Assembly (NCBI GenBank): GCA_047600765.1
Contig: JASGKF010000002.1
Location: forward strand, 1,226,344 to 1,290,343
Length of the DNA: 64,000 nucleotides
Direction of reading: 5' to 3'
Origin: Rhodocyclaceae bacterium
GTDB taxonomy: Bacteria > Pseudomonadota > Gammaproteobacteria > Burkholderiales > Rhodocyclaceae
Below are positions 45,522 through 54,824 of this stretch, in pieces. Under the pieces are notes generated by a model that was not told the origin of the DNA, made no database searches, and was given only the letters and a program-made list of their open reading frames with translations. The translations under genes were made by a program, and so were the position numbers. Position 1 is the stretch's first letter, and each line of letters starts with the position of its first letter.

Positions 45522-46934
45522 TTACATCGCGACCAGTACGGTGATGGCTATGGCGACAAAGCTGGCCCAGCTGCCGCGGTCGCGCAGGCTGAAGACGATG
45601 GGGTCGTCATGCATCTGGCCGCGTGTGGTCTTCATCCACAGTCGCGAAATCCAGTACAGCATGAACGGGCAGAGCAGCCACAGTAGTTGTGGATGGCTGT
45701 AGTGGGAGGCGACGTAGGGTGAGTCAACATAGAGCGCCAGCACCAGCACCGACAGGTAGCCCGCTGACGCACCGAGGCTGATGACGGTCTGCAGGTCGCT
45801 GCGCCCGTAGTCGCGGCCCTTGGCGTGCTCGCGTTCGAGCTTCTCCATGGCGACCAGCTCGGAGGCGCGCTTGACCAGCGCGAGGCTGAGGAACACGAAC
45901 ATCGAGAACGCCAACAACCAGGATGACAGCGGCACGGCGATGGCGACAGCGCCGGCCATGATGCGTAGCGTGTAGAGCCCGGCGAGCAGCAGCACGTCGA
46001 TCAGCATGTAGGTCTTGAAGTACAGCGAGTACGACAGCGTGACGACGAGGTAACCCAGCAGTACGAGCAGGAAATTCGGTGAGACCCAGCACGCTGCAGT
46101 GATGCCGGCAGTCAGCAGGACAGTCATGACGATGATGCCGCTGGCGATGCCAATGTCGCCCGCTGCGAAAGGGCGGCGGCATTTGCGTGGGTGGCGGCGA
46201 TCGCTTGGCAGATCGAGCAGGTCGTTGAACATGTAGGTGGCTGAAGCGACCAGACCGAAGGCGAGGAAGGCAATGCTCACCGTGAGGAAGCTCTGTGCGG
46301 TGAAGGCATGCGAGGTGAGCAATGGCACGCCGATCAGCAGGTTCTTGAGCCACTGGTAGACGCGCGCCTCCTTGATCCAGGCACGCAGCGCAGCAGGGCG
46401 GTTTTCGAAGACGCGTTCGACTTCGCCACGCGTACGGGCGCCGGCTTCGACGCCGCTGTCGGGATTGACGACGATGGCCTTGCGCGACTTTTCCCAGATC
46501 GGGTAGTCGGCTGTGGCGTTACCGGCGTAGTCGAACACCGGGCCGACTTCGAGGATGGCCTTGAGCTTTTCGCTGCCACGCATGTTGCGTTCGCCATCGC
46601 TGGCGATGACGCCACGGAACAAGCCGACGCGTTCGGCGACAGGCTGCGCGAGGCGTGCGTCCGAGGCTGTGGCCAACCAGATTTCGCGCCCGCTTGCGGC
46701 TTCAGCCTGCAGGTATTCGACGAACTGTGCGTGCAGTGGCAGCGAATCCGATTCCAGCGTCACGCGGGAGGCAATCTGTGCCTTCAGGTGCGCCTTGCCA
46801 CGCAGCAGCCAGCCGATCATCGCGAACAGCATCCAGGGCTGCCGCTTGAGCAGTGCCAGCGCGCTCTCGACGAGCAGATCGGTCTTGATCAGGGTGCCGT
46901 CGAGGTCGACGAAGAGTGGAGGCTGGCCGGACAT
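45522..46934 (-). CDS. HAD-like domain fused to a UbiA-family polyprenyl-phosphate phosphoribosyltransferase
   Basis: N-terminal VDLDGTLIKTD (HAD motif I); C-terminal QWLKNLL, YMFNDLLDLPSDRRHPRKCRRPFAAG, KRASEL and MHDDPIVF, as in Rv3806c-type enzymes. Confidence 0.88.
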   Translation of the reverse strand: MSGQPPLFVDLDGTLIKTDLLVESALALLKRQPWMLFAMIGWLLRGKAHLKAQIASRVTLESDSLPLHAQFVEYLQAEAASGREIWLATASDARLAQPVAERVGLFRGVIASDGERNMRGSEKLKAILEVGPVFDYAGNATADYPIWEKSRKAIVVNPDSGVEAGARTRGEVERVFENRPAALRAWIKEARVYQWLKNLLIGVPLLTSHAFTAQSFLTVSIAFLAFGLVASATYMFNDLLDLPSDRRHPRKCRRPFAAGDIGIASGIIVMTVLLTAGITAACWVSPNFLLVLLGYLVVTLSYSLYFKTYMLIDVLLLAGLYTLRIMAGAVAIAVPLSSWLLAFSMFVFLSLALVKRASELVAMEKLEREHAKGRDYGRSDLQTVISLGASAGYLSVLVLALYVDSPYVASHYSHPQLLWLLCPFMLYWISRLWMKTTRGQMHDDPIVFSLRDRGSWASFVAIAITVLVAM

Positions 46935-47051
46935 GTCGGGGTCAGATAAGTGATCGGGACGACTTGGGCCCCTCGTGAGGCCGCGCAGAGCATAGCGTTT
47001 TGCTGCGTCTGCGGTGTGAAATATGCCTTCAGGTACGGCGCAGGGCCAAGG

Positions 47052-48080
47052 CTACTTTGCCGGGACGGCGAAGAGGGGGGCGCTGGCGCGCGCCACGATG
47101 CCCGTGGTCAGCGCATTCCAGTGCTTGTCGTAGGGGGCGACCTCCAGCCGCAGGGCACTGGTCTTGTAGTGGGCTGCGAAGAGCGGCTCGGTGTCGACAA
47201 CGGGGACGCCAGCGCTGGCGGCAGCTGCCTTGAAGCGGCTCAGCACGCGCGAGCTGGGCGTGCGTCCCTCGTGGATCGCTTCGCGGTCGCTGTCCATGAC
47301 GAGGACGAAGCGGGTGTCAGGCATGGCCGCCAGTCCGGCAAAGAAGCGGCGGATGATCTCCTCGGCCGCCTTGTCGTCGATCTGGTCTTCCGGTGGCACG
47401 GATGCAGTGCGTGGAGCCGGCGCACTGCGCGGGGGGAACAACTGGCCCACCAGTGCTTCTGGTTTGATGCGCAGCTGCGAGAAGAGGTACTGCGCCAGCG
47501 CCGATTCGCGCACCAATGCCTTGAGCTTGCCAGCTGGCGCCTGCCTGTCGCTGCCGGGCTGCAGGGTGGTGGCGTCCAGGCAGGGGCCGTGCGTATTGCC
47601 GGAGCCACACAGCGTCTGCCTGACGTCGCTGCGCTCCACGACGATGAGGAATTTGCGGATGCCGAAGCGCTCCTGCGCAAAGCGTGCGCGGGCGAGGTAG
47701 TCAAACAGAGAGGAGCCGGGGCCACCCATGGAATACACGGGCGTCTGGTTCAACTGGTGTTCGAGCTGGCGGGACAGGCGCTCTTCCTCCGGCAGCATGT
47801 TGGCTTCGACGAAGCTGTCGCCGATGACGGCGACGGCGGTCGGATCACGCGTGAAATCGCGACTGTCGAGGAAGCCGACGTTGTTGCTGCGCAGATGTTG
47901 GGCGTTCTTCAGGTCCCAGCCGGATGACAGCGTGAAGCTGTGGTGTGCCGGGTAAGTGATGATGTCGGGCGCGAAGTGGTAGGCCGTGTGCGTGGCCGTC
48001 GAGACGGGCAGCAGCCTGCAGAGCAGCTCCAGCAGCAGCAAGGCAGTCATGACACCAGCGAGGAAGCGGAGGGCGCGCAT
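47052..48080 (-). CDS. SGNH-hydrolase-like (AlgJ/AlgX-type) periplasmic O-acyltransferase partner
   Basis: N-terminal TM helix, VIGDSFVEA (GDS) and DKHWN (DxH); directly downstream of the MBOAT gene. Confidence 0.75.
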   Translation of the reverse strand: MRALRFLAGVMTALLLLELLCRLLPVSTATHTAYHFAPDIITYPAHHSFTLSSGWDLKNAQHLRSNNVGFLDSRDFTRDPTAVAVIGDSFVEANMLPEEERLSRQLEHQLNQTPVYSMGGPGSSLFDYLARARFAQERFGIRKFLIVVERSDVRQTLCGSGNTHGPCLDATTLQPGSDRQAPAGKLKALVRESALAQYLFSQLRIKPEALVGQLFPPRSAPAPRTASVPPEDQIDDKAAEEIIRRFFAGLAAMPDTRFVLVMDSDREAIHEGRTPSSRVLSRFKAAAASAGVPVVDTEPLFAAHYKTSALRLEVAPYDKHWNALTTGIVARASAPLFAVPAK

Positions 48081-48087
48081 GCTGGTC

Positions 48088-49566
48088 TCAGAAATTGAAG
48101 TAAATGAAGGCGCTGACCGCACTGCGCGTCGCGTTGATCAGCATGGCGCACAGGATGATCGTCCACGCGCAACCCAGTACGAAAGCAGGCCAGCGTGCCG
48201 AGCCATTGCAGAAGCGGATCAGCCATTCGCCGATGCGGTTGCTGTTGGGCAACAGCGCACAGCACAGCAGGCCGATGATGCAGAACAGCACCGCGGTGCC
48301 GGTGTGGATGCCGGCATTCCATAACAGGGTGTGTGGCGCGTCGAATGCCACCGGCTGGCTCAGCATGGCGCTCAGCAGGGTGTTGGCGCCATGCAGGTCC
48401 GTCGCGCGGAAGAATACCCAGCCAACCATGACAGCCAGCAGGGTCACGATCCAGGCAAACACGCTGTAAGCGCGTCCTTGCAGGATGGTTTCCGGCAGCA
48501 TCGCAGCCGCGCCCGCGCGCCAAGCGTGATTGATCATCAGGTAGCCGCCATGCAGTGCGCCCCAGATGACGAAGTTCCAGCTCGCGCCGTGCCACAAGCC
48601 ACCGAGCAGCATGGTGGTGAAGAGGTTGGCATAACGACGCACGGCACCGTGACGACTGCCACCCAGCGGGATGTAGAGGTAGTCACGCAGGAAAGCCGAC
48701 AGGGTCATGTGCCAGCGCCGCCAGAAGTCGATGATCGATAGCGCCTTGTAGGGCGAATCGAAGTTGTAGGGCAGGCTGATGTTGAGCATGCGGGACAGGC
48801 CGATGGCCATGTCCGAGTAGCCGGAGAAGTCGAAGTAAAGCTGCAGGGTGTAGGCGAGCACGCCCAGCCAGGCTTCAAGCAGATCCGGCGTGATGCCTTG
48901 GCTACTGCCATGGAAGACGGCATCGGCAATCGGCGAGATGCCGTCCGCGATGACGACCTTCTTGATCAGGCCCAGCATGAAGATGGCTGAGCCTGCCGCG
49001 AAATTGCCAGCGTTGAAACGATAAGTCGAGGCATCGCCGAACTGCGGCATCATCTGCGCGTGATGCAGCACCGGGCCGGCAATCAGGTGCGGGAAGTAGG
49101 TGACGAACAGGCCGTAGTGCGCCACGCGCGGTTCGCTGACGCCCTTCTGGTAGGCATCGGCGAGGAAGGCAATCTGCGTGAAGGTGAAGAACGAGATGCC
49201 GATGGGCAGCGTGATGGGATCTAACGCGATGTGCGTGCCCAGTGCGAGACTCAGGTTGTCGACGAAGAAGTTGGCGTACTTGAACCAGGCGAGTACAGCG
49301 AGATTGACCGTGATGCCCAGCACCAGCCAGCTGCGTGCGCTGAATGTTTTTCCTCGGCCCAGGATGCGTTTGCCGATGAAGTAATTCCAGGCAATCGAGA
49401 GCAGCAACAGGATGCTGAACTGCGGCATCCACCAGGCGTAGAAACCTACCGAAGCAATGAATAGCCAGCTTGCCGCGAGCGGATGCGAGCGCTGCCCCAG
49501 CAAGAAGAAAACGCTGAGGGCGAGCGGCAGGAAGACGAGTATGAACTCGGCAGAAGTGAAGAGCAT
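48088..49566 (-). CDS. MBOAT O-acyltransferase (AlgI/PatA type)
   Basis: MLFTSAEF, LPIGISFFTF, FPHLIAGP, YFDFSGYSDMAIG, DFWRRWHMTLS, LWHGASWNF. Confidence 0.93.
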   Translation of the reverse strand: MLFTSAEFILVFLPLALSVFFLLGQRSHPLAASWLFIASVGFYAWWMPQFSILLLLSIAWNYFIGKRILGRGKTFSARSWLVLGITVNLAVLAWFKYANFFVDNLSLALGTHIALDPITLPIGISFFTFTQIAFLADAYQKGVSEPRVAHYGLFVTYFPHLIAGPVLHHAQMMPQFGDASTYRFNAGNFAAGSAIFMLGLIKKVVIADGISPIADAVFHGSSQGITPDLLEAWLGVLAYTLQLYFDFSGYSDMAIGLSRMLNISLPYNFDSPYKALSIIDFWRRWHMTLSAFLRDYLYIPLGGSRHGAVRRYANLFTTMLLGGLWHGASWNFVIWGALHGGYLMINHAWRAGAAAMLPETILQGRAYSVFAWIVTLLAVMVGWVFFRATDLHGANTLLSAMLSQPVAFDAPHTLLWNAGIHTGTAVLFCIIGLLCCALLPNSNRIGEWLIRFCNGSARWPAFVLGCAWTIILCAMLINATRSAVSAFIYFNF

Positions 49567-49584
49567 CGCGGCGAGGCGGTGGCG

Positions 49585-49608
49585 CTATCCCCTCGACCGA
49601 GGGGATAG
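49585..49608. other. Perfect inverted repeat between argB and the MBOAT gene
   Basis: CTATCCCCTC-GACC-GAGGGGATAG, with no U-tract. Confidence 0.7.
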
Positions 49609-49612
49609 ATCG

Positions 49613-50515
<903 letters not shown>

Positions 50516-50779
50516 TCAAATGAGGCTGCTGCGAGTGAACGGGGATGTTGGCGGTGTCAGATCAACACTGCGAACGTGCATGTTAAGCGCGAGAGGCTAG
50601 CATTCCCGAATTCAATCCGCCAAGCAATTCCCATGGAGCCAGATGACGGCGCATCCCGACCTTTGTATGTAGTTGCTTCACTCGGGGCTGATTGCGCCAA
50701 AGCTGAGTACTGCAAAAACAAAATCGGCATGGCCGGACTTGCCGGCGCATGCCGATAGAGGTGGCTTGGGGAGCCGGAA

Positions 50780-53137
50780 TTACTTTGTGTAGATGCCCGG
50801 AGCTTCGCTCAGTCCGACCACCGTGTTTCTCGGCACGATGTTCCATGTGGGGTTGCTCATGAACCCGGCACGATCCGAGTTGGTGCTCCCGGTATACATT
50901 GCCTGATCGCGTAGCCAGACGTAGCCGGAGCTCGGAACGGTCGTGTCGGCACCAGCAGAGTCAATGGCTCCGGCCAGAACTGCCATTGCCATGCCGACGT
51001 ACCCGTTGGCGTCGTTGTATCCAACAATCTTGGTAGGCGCTGTCGGGTTGCGTGCAGCGTAGCTTGTACCGCCGAAAGCATAGTAGTTCAGCTGGGCCAT
51101 GCTGGTGAGCGTAGTGCCATTGCTCAGCTTGGAGGGCAAGCGATAGGTCGCTCCGTCGAGTCGATCAAAGTCGGAACCGCTCGTAAAGCGCTTGACGGTA
51201 TAGCCCACCGCGAAATCGCGAATGTCGGTGGCGGCGTAACCGCGCTCACACAACTCAAACAGCGTATATGCCATGAAGTCGTGTTGCCATGGCGAGACCA
51301 CGTCTGCAACGCCACCAGGCGAGTAGGGCAGTTCGTAGGAAGCAAAGCCCGACCAACCTGTCCAGTAACCGAGGGTGTTGTTCGTCATGACCGTTGTTCT
51401 GTACCAAGCAAAGTTGTTGTTCAACTTGTCGGTGAAGTAGGTCTTTTGCCAATCGCTGTCCGGAGCAATCCATGCAGCATGGCCACCCGTACGGAGCTTC
51501 CATGCCATCTGGCGGGTGTTGTCGCCGATGTACCAACCTTTTTCATAGCCGCGATAAGCGTAGTGCGGGGAGATCTGGTACCAACCGGCCCAGAAATAGA
51601 GTTCATCCAGGTAAAACCGATCACCGGTGACGATGTACGGGACGTAAACCAAGGACGGATGGTGCGCGTCATCGACAGTGAATCCGGAAGGCGTCGTCAA
51701 AGGCAGGCTGGGCGCTGGCAAGGAGTCACCGGACCAGTTGGTATAAGGGTCGCCACGGTAAGCCTGGCTGCCGTTGTAGAACAGAGAGAAATTCGGATGG
51801 TCGTCAATGCTGAAGATGCTGGCATTGGAGGTGGTGGCACCGCTCTTGAGCGAGTCTCGCCAATGCACCTCCCAGAACCCGGCTCGTTCGGCATGATCAA
51901 GCATCATCTGGTACATGCGGGGATCGCCGGAAATCAGGGCCAGTGCAGTCCATCCGGGCAGTGGGCCAATGTCCCAGCGTCCGCCCGTGGAGGGCATGTA
52001 GGGCTGCATGCGCGCGGCTTGGTAAAGTCCGCGGGAGCTAGTCAGCCATGAGCTATAGGTGCTGCTCAACGTACCTTCTGGAATCGTGATGCTCGCGTAA
52101 TTGGGAATGGCGCGTGAATTCTTCAGGCGAGCGGTGTCGGCAATGGTCAGGATGTCCTTGCTACCTGTGCCGAAATTGAAGAGCTTGCGGAAGCGCGTAT
52201 GGGCGTAGTGCTTGACGTCATCCGCGGCATAAACCAGATCCGTGGTGCCGCCGATGATCTGGTAGATGCGCAGGTTGTAGAGACGGTCACCACGCGAGCT
52301 GTTCGATTCGACGTTTTCCAGCGTGATCGACACACGACCTTGCGAAGTGCTTTGGTAACGGGCATCGAAGACGATGCGCAGGCCGGGGTGCGGGCCGGAA
52401 ATGCCGGTCGCGGTTGGCGCAACACGCGAACGCCATTCCGACACGAGCGGACCACTGATCCAGCTGTCTGCGTTGTTCGTGAGTGAAGCCTTGAGGTTGG
52501 CACTCCACAGCAGACCGGTTTCCGGCGTGCTGGCGCCGCTGGCGGTGGTGCTCTTCTCGATGATCTCCACGCGGTAGTCGGGATTGCTGCCGCCGGTCAC
52601 ATCCGAGACAACCAAGGGCGTTCCGGACGCGCCAGAACCTGTGGCCGACAGTGTCATAGCGACGGTGGCCTGGCCCGAGCCGACCGAAGCGGCAGGCAGG
52701 CGCACGCTGATGACTGCGTGGCGGATGGAGTTGTCTGGGTGACGACGCTTGACAATGGTCTGGGTCGGCAGGTTGGTGCCGCCGTTGCGGGCCTGAACGA
52801 CCTGGCCGGAAGCGATTTCGCCAGCCGGGAAGGCTTGTCCGAAGGTCACCACCGTACCGTTATCAATAGTGGTATCCGGGCTGACCGCGGTCACATTGCC
52901 CGGGGTGGAGGGCACCGGGGTCCAGGTGATGGTCGTGTCGAAATTGTTCGAGCTGGCAGCAGATGAGGTGCCGCCGGACGACGTTGTTGCCTTGGATGAA
53001 GAGCTGTTGCTGACCAGGGAGAAAGTGCCAGCAGTGTTGCCAACGACGTTGGTGCTACCGCCACCGCCTGTTCCGCCGCAGGCACTTACCGCGATACATG
53101 CAAGCAGGGCGACGAAACGTGAATTGCTGAGAGACAT
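50780..53137 (-). CDS. 785-aa lipoprotein of unknown function, PcRGLX/YetA (PL26)-like architecture suspected
   Basis: Lipobox VSAC and Gly/Ser linker, VTFGQAFPAG...PTQ...HPDNSIRH (RIFT-barrel-like), GPLVSEW beta region, and an aromatic-rich helical C-part with YIVTGDRFYLDEL. Confidence 0.7.
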   Translation of the reverse strand: MSLSNSRFVALLACIAVSACGGTGGGGSTNVVGNTAGTFSLVSNSSSSKATTSSGGTSSAASSNNFDTTITWTPVPSTPGNVTAVSPDTTIDNGTVVTFGQAFPAGEIASGQVVQARNGGTNLPTQTIVKRRHPDNSIRHAVISVRLPAASVGSGQATVAMTLSATGSGASGTPLVVSDVTGGSNPDYRVEIIEKSTTASGASTPETGLLWSANLKASLTNNADSWISGPLVSEWRSRVAPTATGISGPHPGLRIVFDARYQSTSQGRVSITLENVESNSSRGDRLYNLRIYQIIGGTTDLVYAADDVKHYAHTRFRKLFNFGTGSKDILTIADTARLKNSRAIPNYASITIPEGTLSSTYSSWLTSSRGLYQAARMQPYMPSTGGRWDIGPLPGWTALALISGDPRMYQMMLDHAERAGFWEVHWRDSLKSGATTSNASIFSIDDHPNFSLFYNGSQAYRGDPYTNWSGDSLPAPSLPLTTPSGFTVDDAHHPSLVYVPYIVTGDRFYLDELYFWAGWYQISPHYAYRGYEKGWYIGDNTRQMAWKLRTGGHAAWIAPDSDWQKTYFTDKLNNNFAWYRTTVMTNNTLGYWTGWSGFASYELPYSPGGVADVVSPWQHDFMAYTLFELCERGYAATDIRDFAVGYTVKRFTSGSDFDRLDGATYRLPSKLSNGTTLTSMAQLNYYAFGGTSYAARNPTAPTKIVGYNDANGYVGMAMAVLAGAIDSAGADTTVPSSGYVWLRDQAMYTGSTNSDRAGFMSNPTWNIVPRNTVVGLSEAPGIYTK

Positions 53138-53341
53138 CGTGAATCCTTATGTGCTGCAGAATGACAGATGTGCTTGCGGTTGGAATCCGTGAAAAATTTA
53201 ACGCTGACGGACAGCGTGTCCCAGGCGCCGACGAGTGGAATGCGCTGTTGTTTTTATTGATTTTTATATTTTTTGTGATTTTTTGCGCTTAGGCAGAACC
53301 GCGAGCTTACCTGTTTGCCATGAAACTTGTCGTTGCAGTTG

Positions 53342-53421
53342 GCACATCAGCAATGCCGCTGATCCGGTTTCCCGTGGGCATTTGCGTTCCACCAAGGAGA
53401 CCGGTGATTTGCTGCAAGTGC
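53342..53421 (-). ncRNA. Candidate GEMM / c-di-GMP-I-class riboswitch variant (A at the G20-equivalent position)
   Basis: Minus strand GCACUUGC-A-GCAAA-UCACC-GGUCUCCUU-GGUGG-AACGCAAA-UGCC-CACGG-GAAA-CCG-GAUCAGC-GGCA-UUGC-UGAU-GUGC. It matches the GEMM-I blocks GCAAA, ACGCAAA, AGC and UURC, with pairable P1, P2 and P3. Confidence 0.55.
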
Positions 53422-53561
53422 ACTCCGGAAGGGGGAGTTTCGTGCCCGCTGTTTGTCTGCTGCCGCGGCAGCATGACAGCTTGCCGGACAGCTTTTGCGA
53501 CGAACTGCCCGGCAGTCCGGACCTTGGACTCCACCGTTGGTGCCGATCATCGCTGCTGGGG

Positions 53562-54023
53562 TCACGACTGGGGAGGCCTCGCTGTCGCCTGACGCAATGG
53601 CAGCATCAGGATGGCGTCGCTGTTCGTCCAGGAGAAGCACTGTTGTGCCGCTTCCTGCCAGGGCAGCCATTGCTGGGCACGGTGCTCGGCCGGGGCGGTG
53701 GCGATGGGCGTGGCATCAGGTACGCATACGCTAAAAACATGCTCGAGGTTATGCGTAACACCCGGGGCGTAGCGATGACGCCACAGCGGCAGGATTTCGA
53801 AGCGGTTGCATAGCGCCCAGTCATGCAGGTCTTCGGGCTGGATTTGCAGCCCTGTTTCTTCGGCCAGCTCGCGTTGCGCAGTCTGTCGCGGGATTTCGCC
53901 TGGCTCCAGGCTGCCGGTGACGGATTGCCAGTAGCCAGGGTGTGCGGCGCGTTCGAGCAGCAGGATCTGCAGATCCTGCGTGTGCACCAGTACCAGAACG
54001 GAGACCGGGTGCTTGAAGCTCAC
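53562..54023 (-). CDS. nudB: Dihydroneopterin triphosphate diphosphatase (Nudix)
   Basis: FKHPVSVLV, WQSVTGSLE, AQRELAEETG, WRHRYAPGVTHNLEHVF, CFSWTN. Confidence 0.92.
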   Translation of the reverse strand: MSFKHPVSVLVLVHTQDLQILLLERAAHPGYWQSVTGSLEPGEIPRQTAQRELAEETGLQIQPEDLHDWALCNRFEILPLWRHRYAPGVTHNLEHVFSVCVPDATPIATAPAEHRAQQWLPWQEAAQQCFSWTNSDAILMLPLRQATARPPQS

Positions 54024-54448
54024 GGGTAGGGCTGGTTGGGTGCGGCCTCACTGGCGACCAGGAAGAGCCGGCCTTCGTCACGCCAGTAAAGACAGACGTC
54101 GAGCAATAACTCGTGCAGCAGGGCTGAAAGCCCGGGGTGTGCTGCGGCGAACGAGGCCTGGTCGGGCAGGATCAGTACGTAGCCGTCCGTGTCCAGCCAG
54201 GAAAGATCCGTCAGGCAGTCGACAAGAGCGTCCGCGTTGTGGCCGAACCACTCGGGGAGGTGCAGCGAGTGGCCGCAGGCGGCATACAGGCTGGTTTCGT
54301 CATGGACACCCTGCAGCGGCAGTTCGAGCAGGCAAAGGCCCTCCGAAACGGCCGCCTTGCGTAGTTTGGCAACCTGATCGGCCGTCAGGCTGACAAGTCC
54401 GCTGCTTTCGGGGTTGCCCAGATCGGGCAGGGGTTGCGAGCGGGTCAT
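54020..54448 (-). CDS. Barstar-family ribonuclease inhibitor
   Basis: LHLPEWFGHNADALVDCLTDLSW; directly downstream of the RNase gene. Confidence 0.88.
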   Translation of the reverse strand: MTRSQPLPDLGNPESSGLVSLTADQVAKLRKAAVSEGLCLLELPLQGVHDETSLYAACGHSLHLPEWFGHNADALVDCLTDLSWLDTDGYVLILPDQASFAAAHPGLSALLHELLLDVCLYWRDEGRLFLVASEAAPNQPYP

Positions 54449-54819
54449 GGCGTCACCCTGCGGAAGCTGCGGTAATGGTCGGCGGTGTAGTAGAGCTCTT
54501 CGTCACTGCCCGCAATGATGCGGCGGGCGCCGCGCGTTGACTCGCCGGGTGTGCGAACGGTGAATTCCCGGTAGTACTGACGCGGCCGCGGGGGGAGCAG
54601 TCTTTCGCGGTTGCGGAATTCGATGCCGTCACGTGAGTACGGGAACGGGCCGCCGCGGCGGATGAGCTGGATGGTTTCGCGGGCTTCGGTTGGCAGCTGG
54701 GCGAAGGTAACGGTGTTGGCGGGCTGTACTTCACGTGCAGAGACTGCGGATGCGCCAGACAGCATGACTGCCAGCAACAGATGGGCAATCACCCACAGCG
54801 TGCGCGACACGGCTCGCAC
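54445..54819 (-). CDS. Secreted guanyl-specific ribonuclease (barnase/RNase Sa family)
   Basis: Signal peptide, GGPFPYSRDGIEFRNRERLLP, YYREFTV, RGARRII, YYTADHYRSF. Confidence 0.92.
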   Translation of the reverse strand: MRAVSRTLWVIAHLLLAVMLSGASAVSAREVQPANTVTFAQLPTEARETIQLIRRGGPFPYSRDGIEFRNRERLLPPRPRQYYREFTVRTPGESTRGARRIIAGSDEELYYTADHYRSFRRVTP

Positions 54820-54824
54820 GGCGA

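Noticed and set aside
25256-49566. An alginate biosynthesis operon
   Set aside because: Only AlgD-like and AlgI/AlgJ-like parts are present. The synthase, epimerase and secretion genes are not recognisable, and the locus has a Wzx/Wza/Wzc architecture.
53300-53325. Sigma54 promoter for the 785-aa gene (TGGCAAACAGGTAAGC), and a similar site upstream of the RCC1 gene
   Set aside because: The spacing is GG-N11-GC rather than the strict N10.
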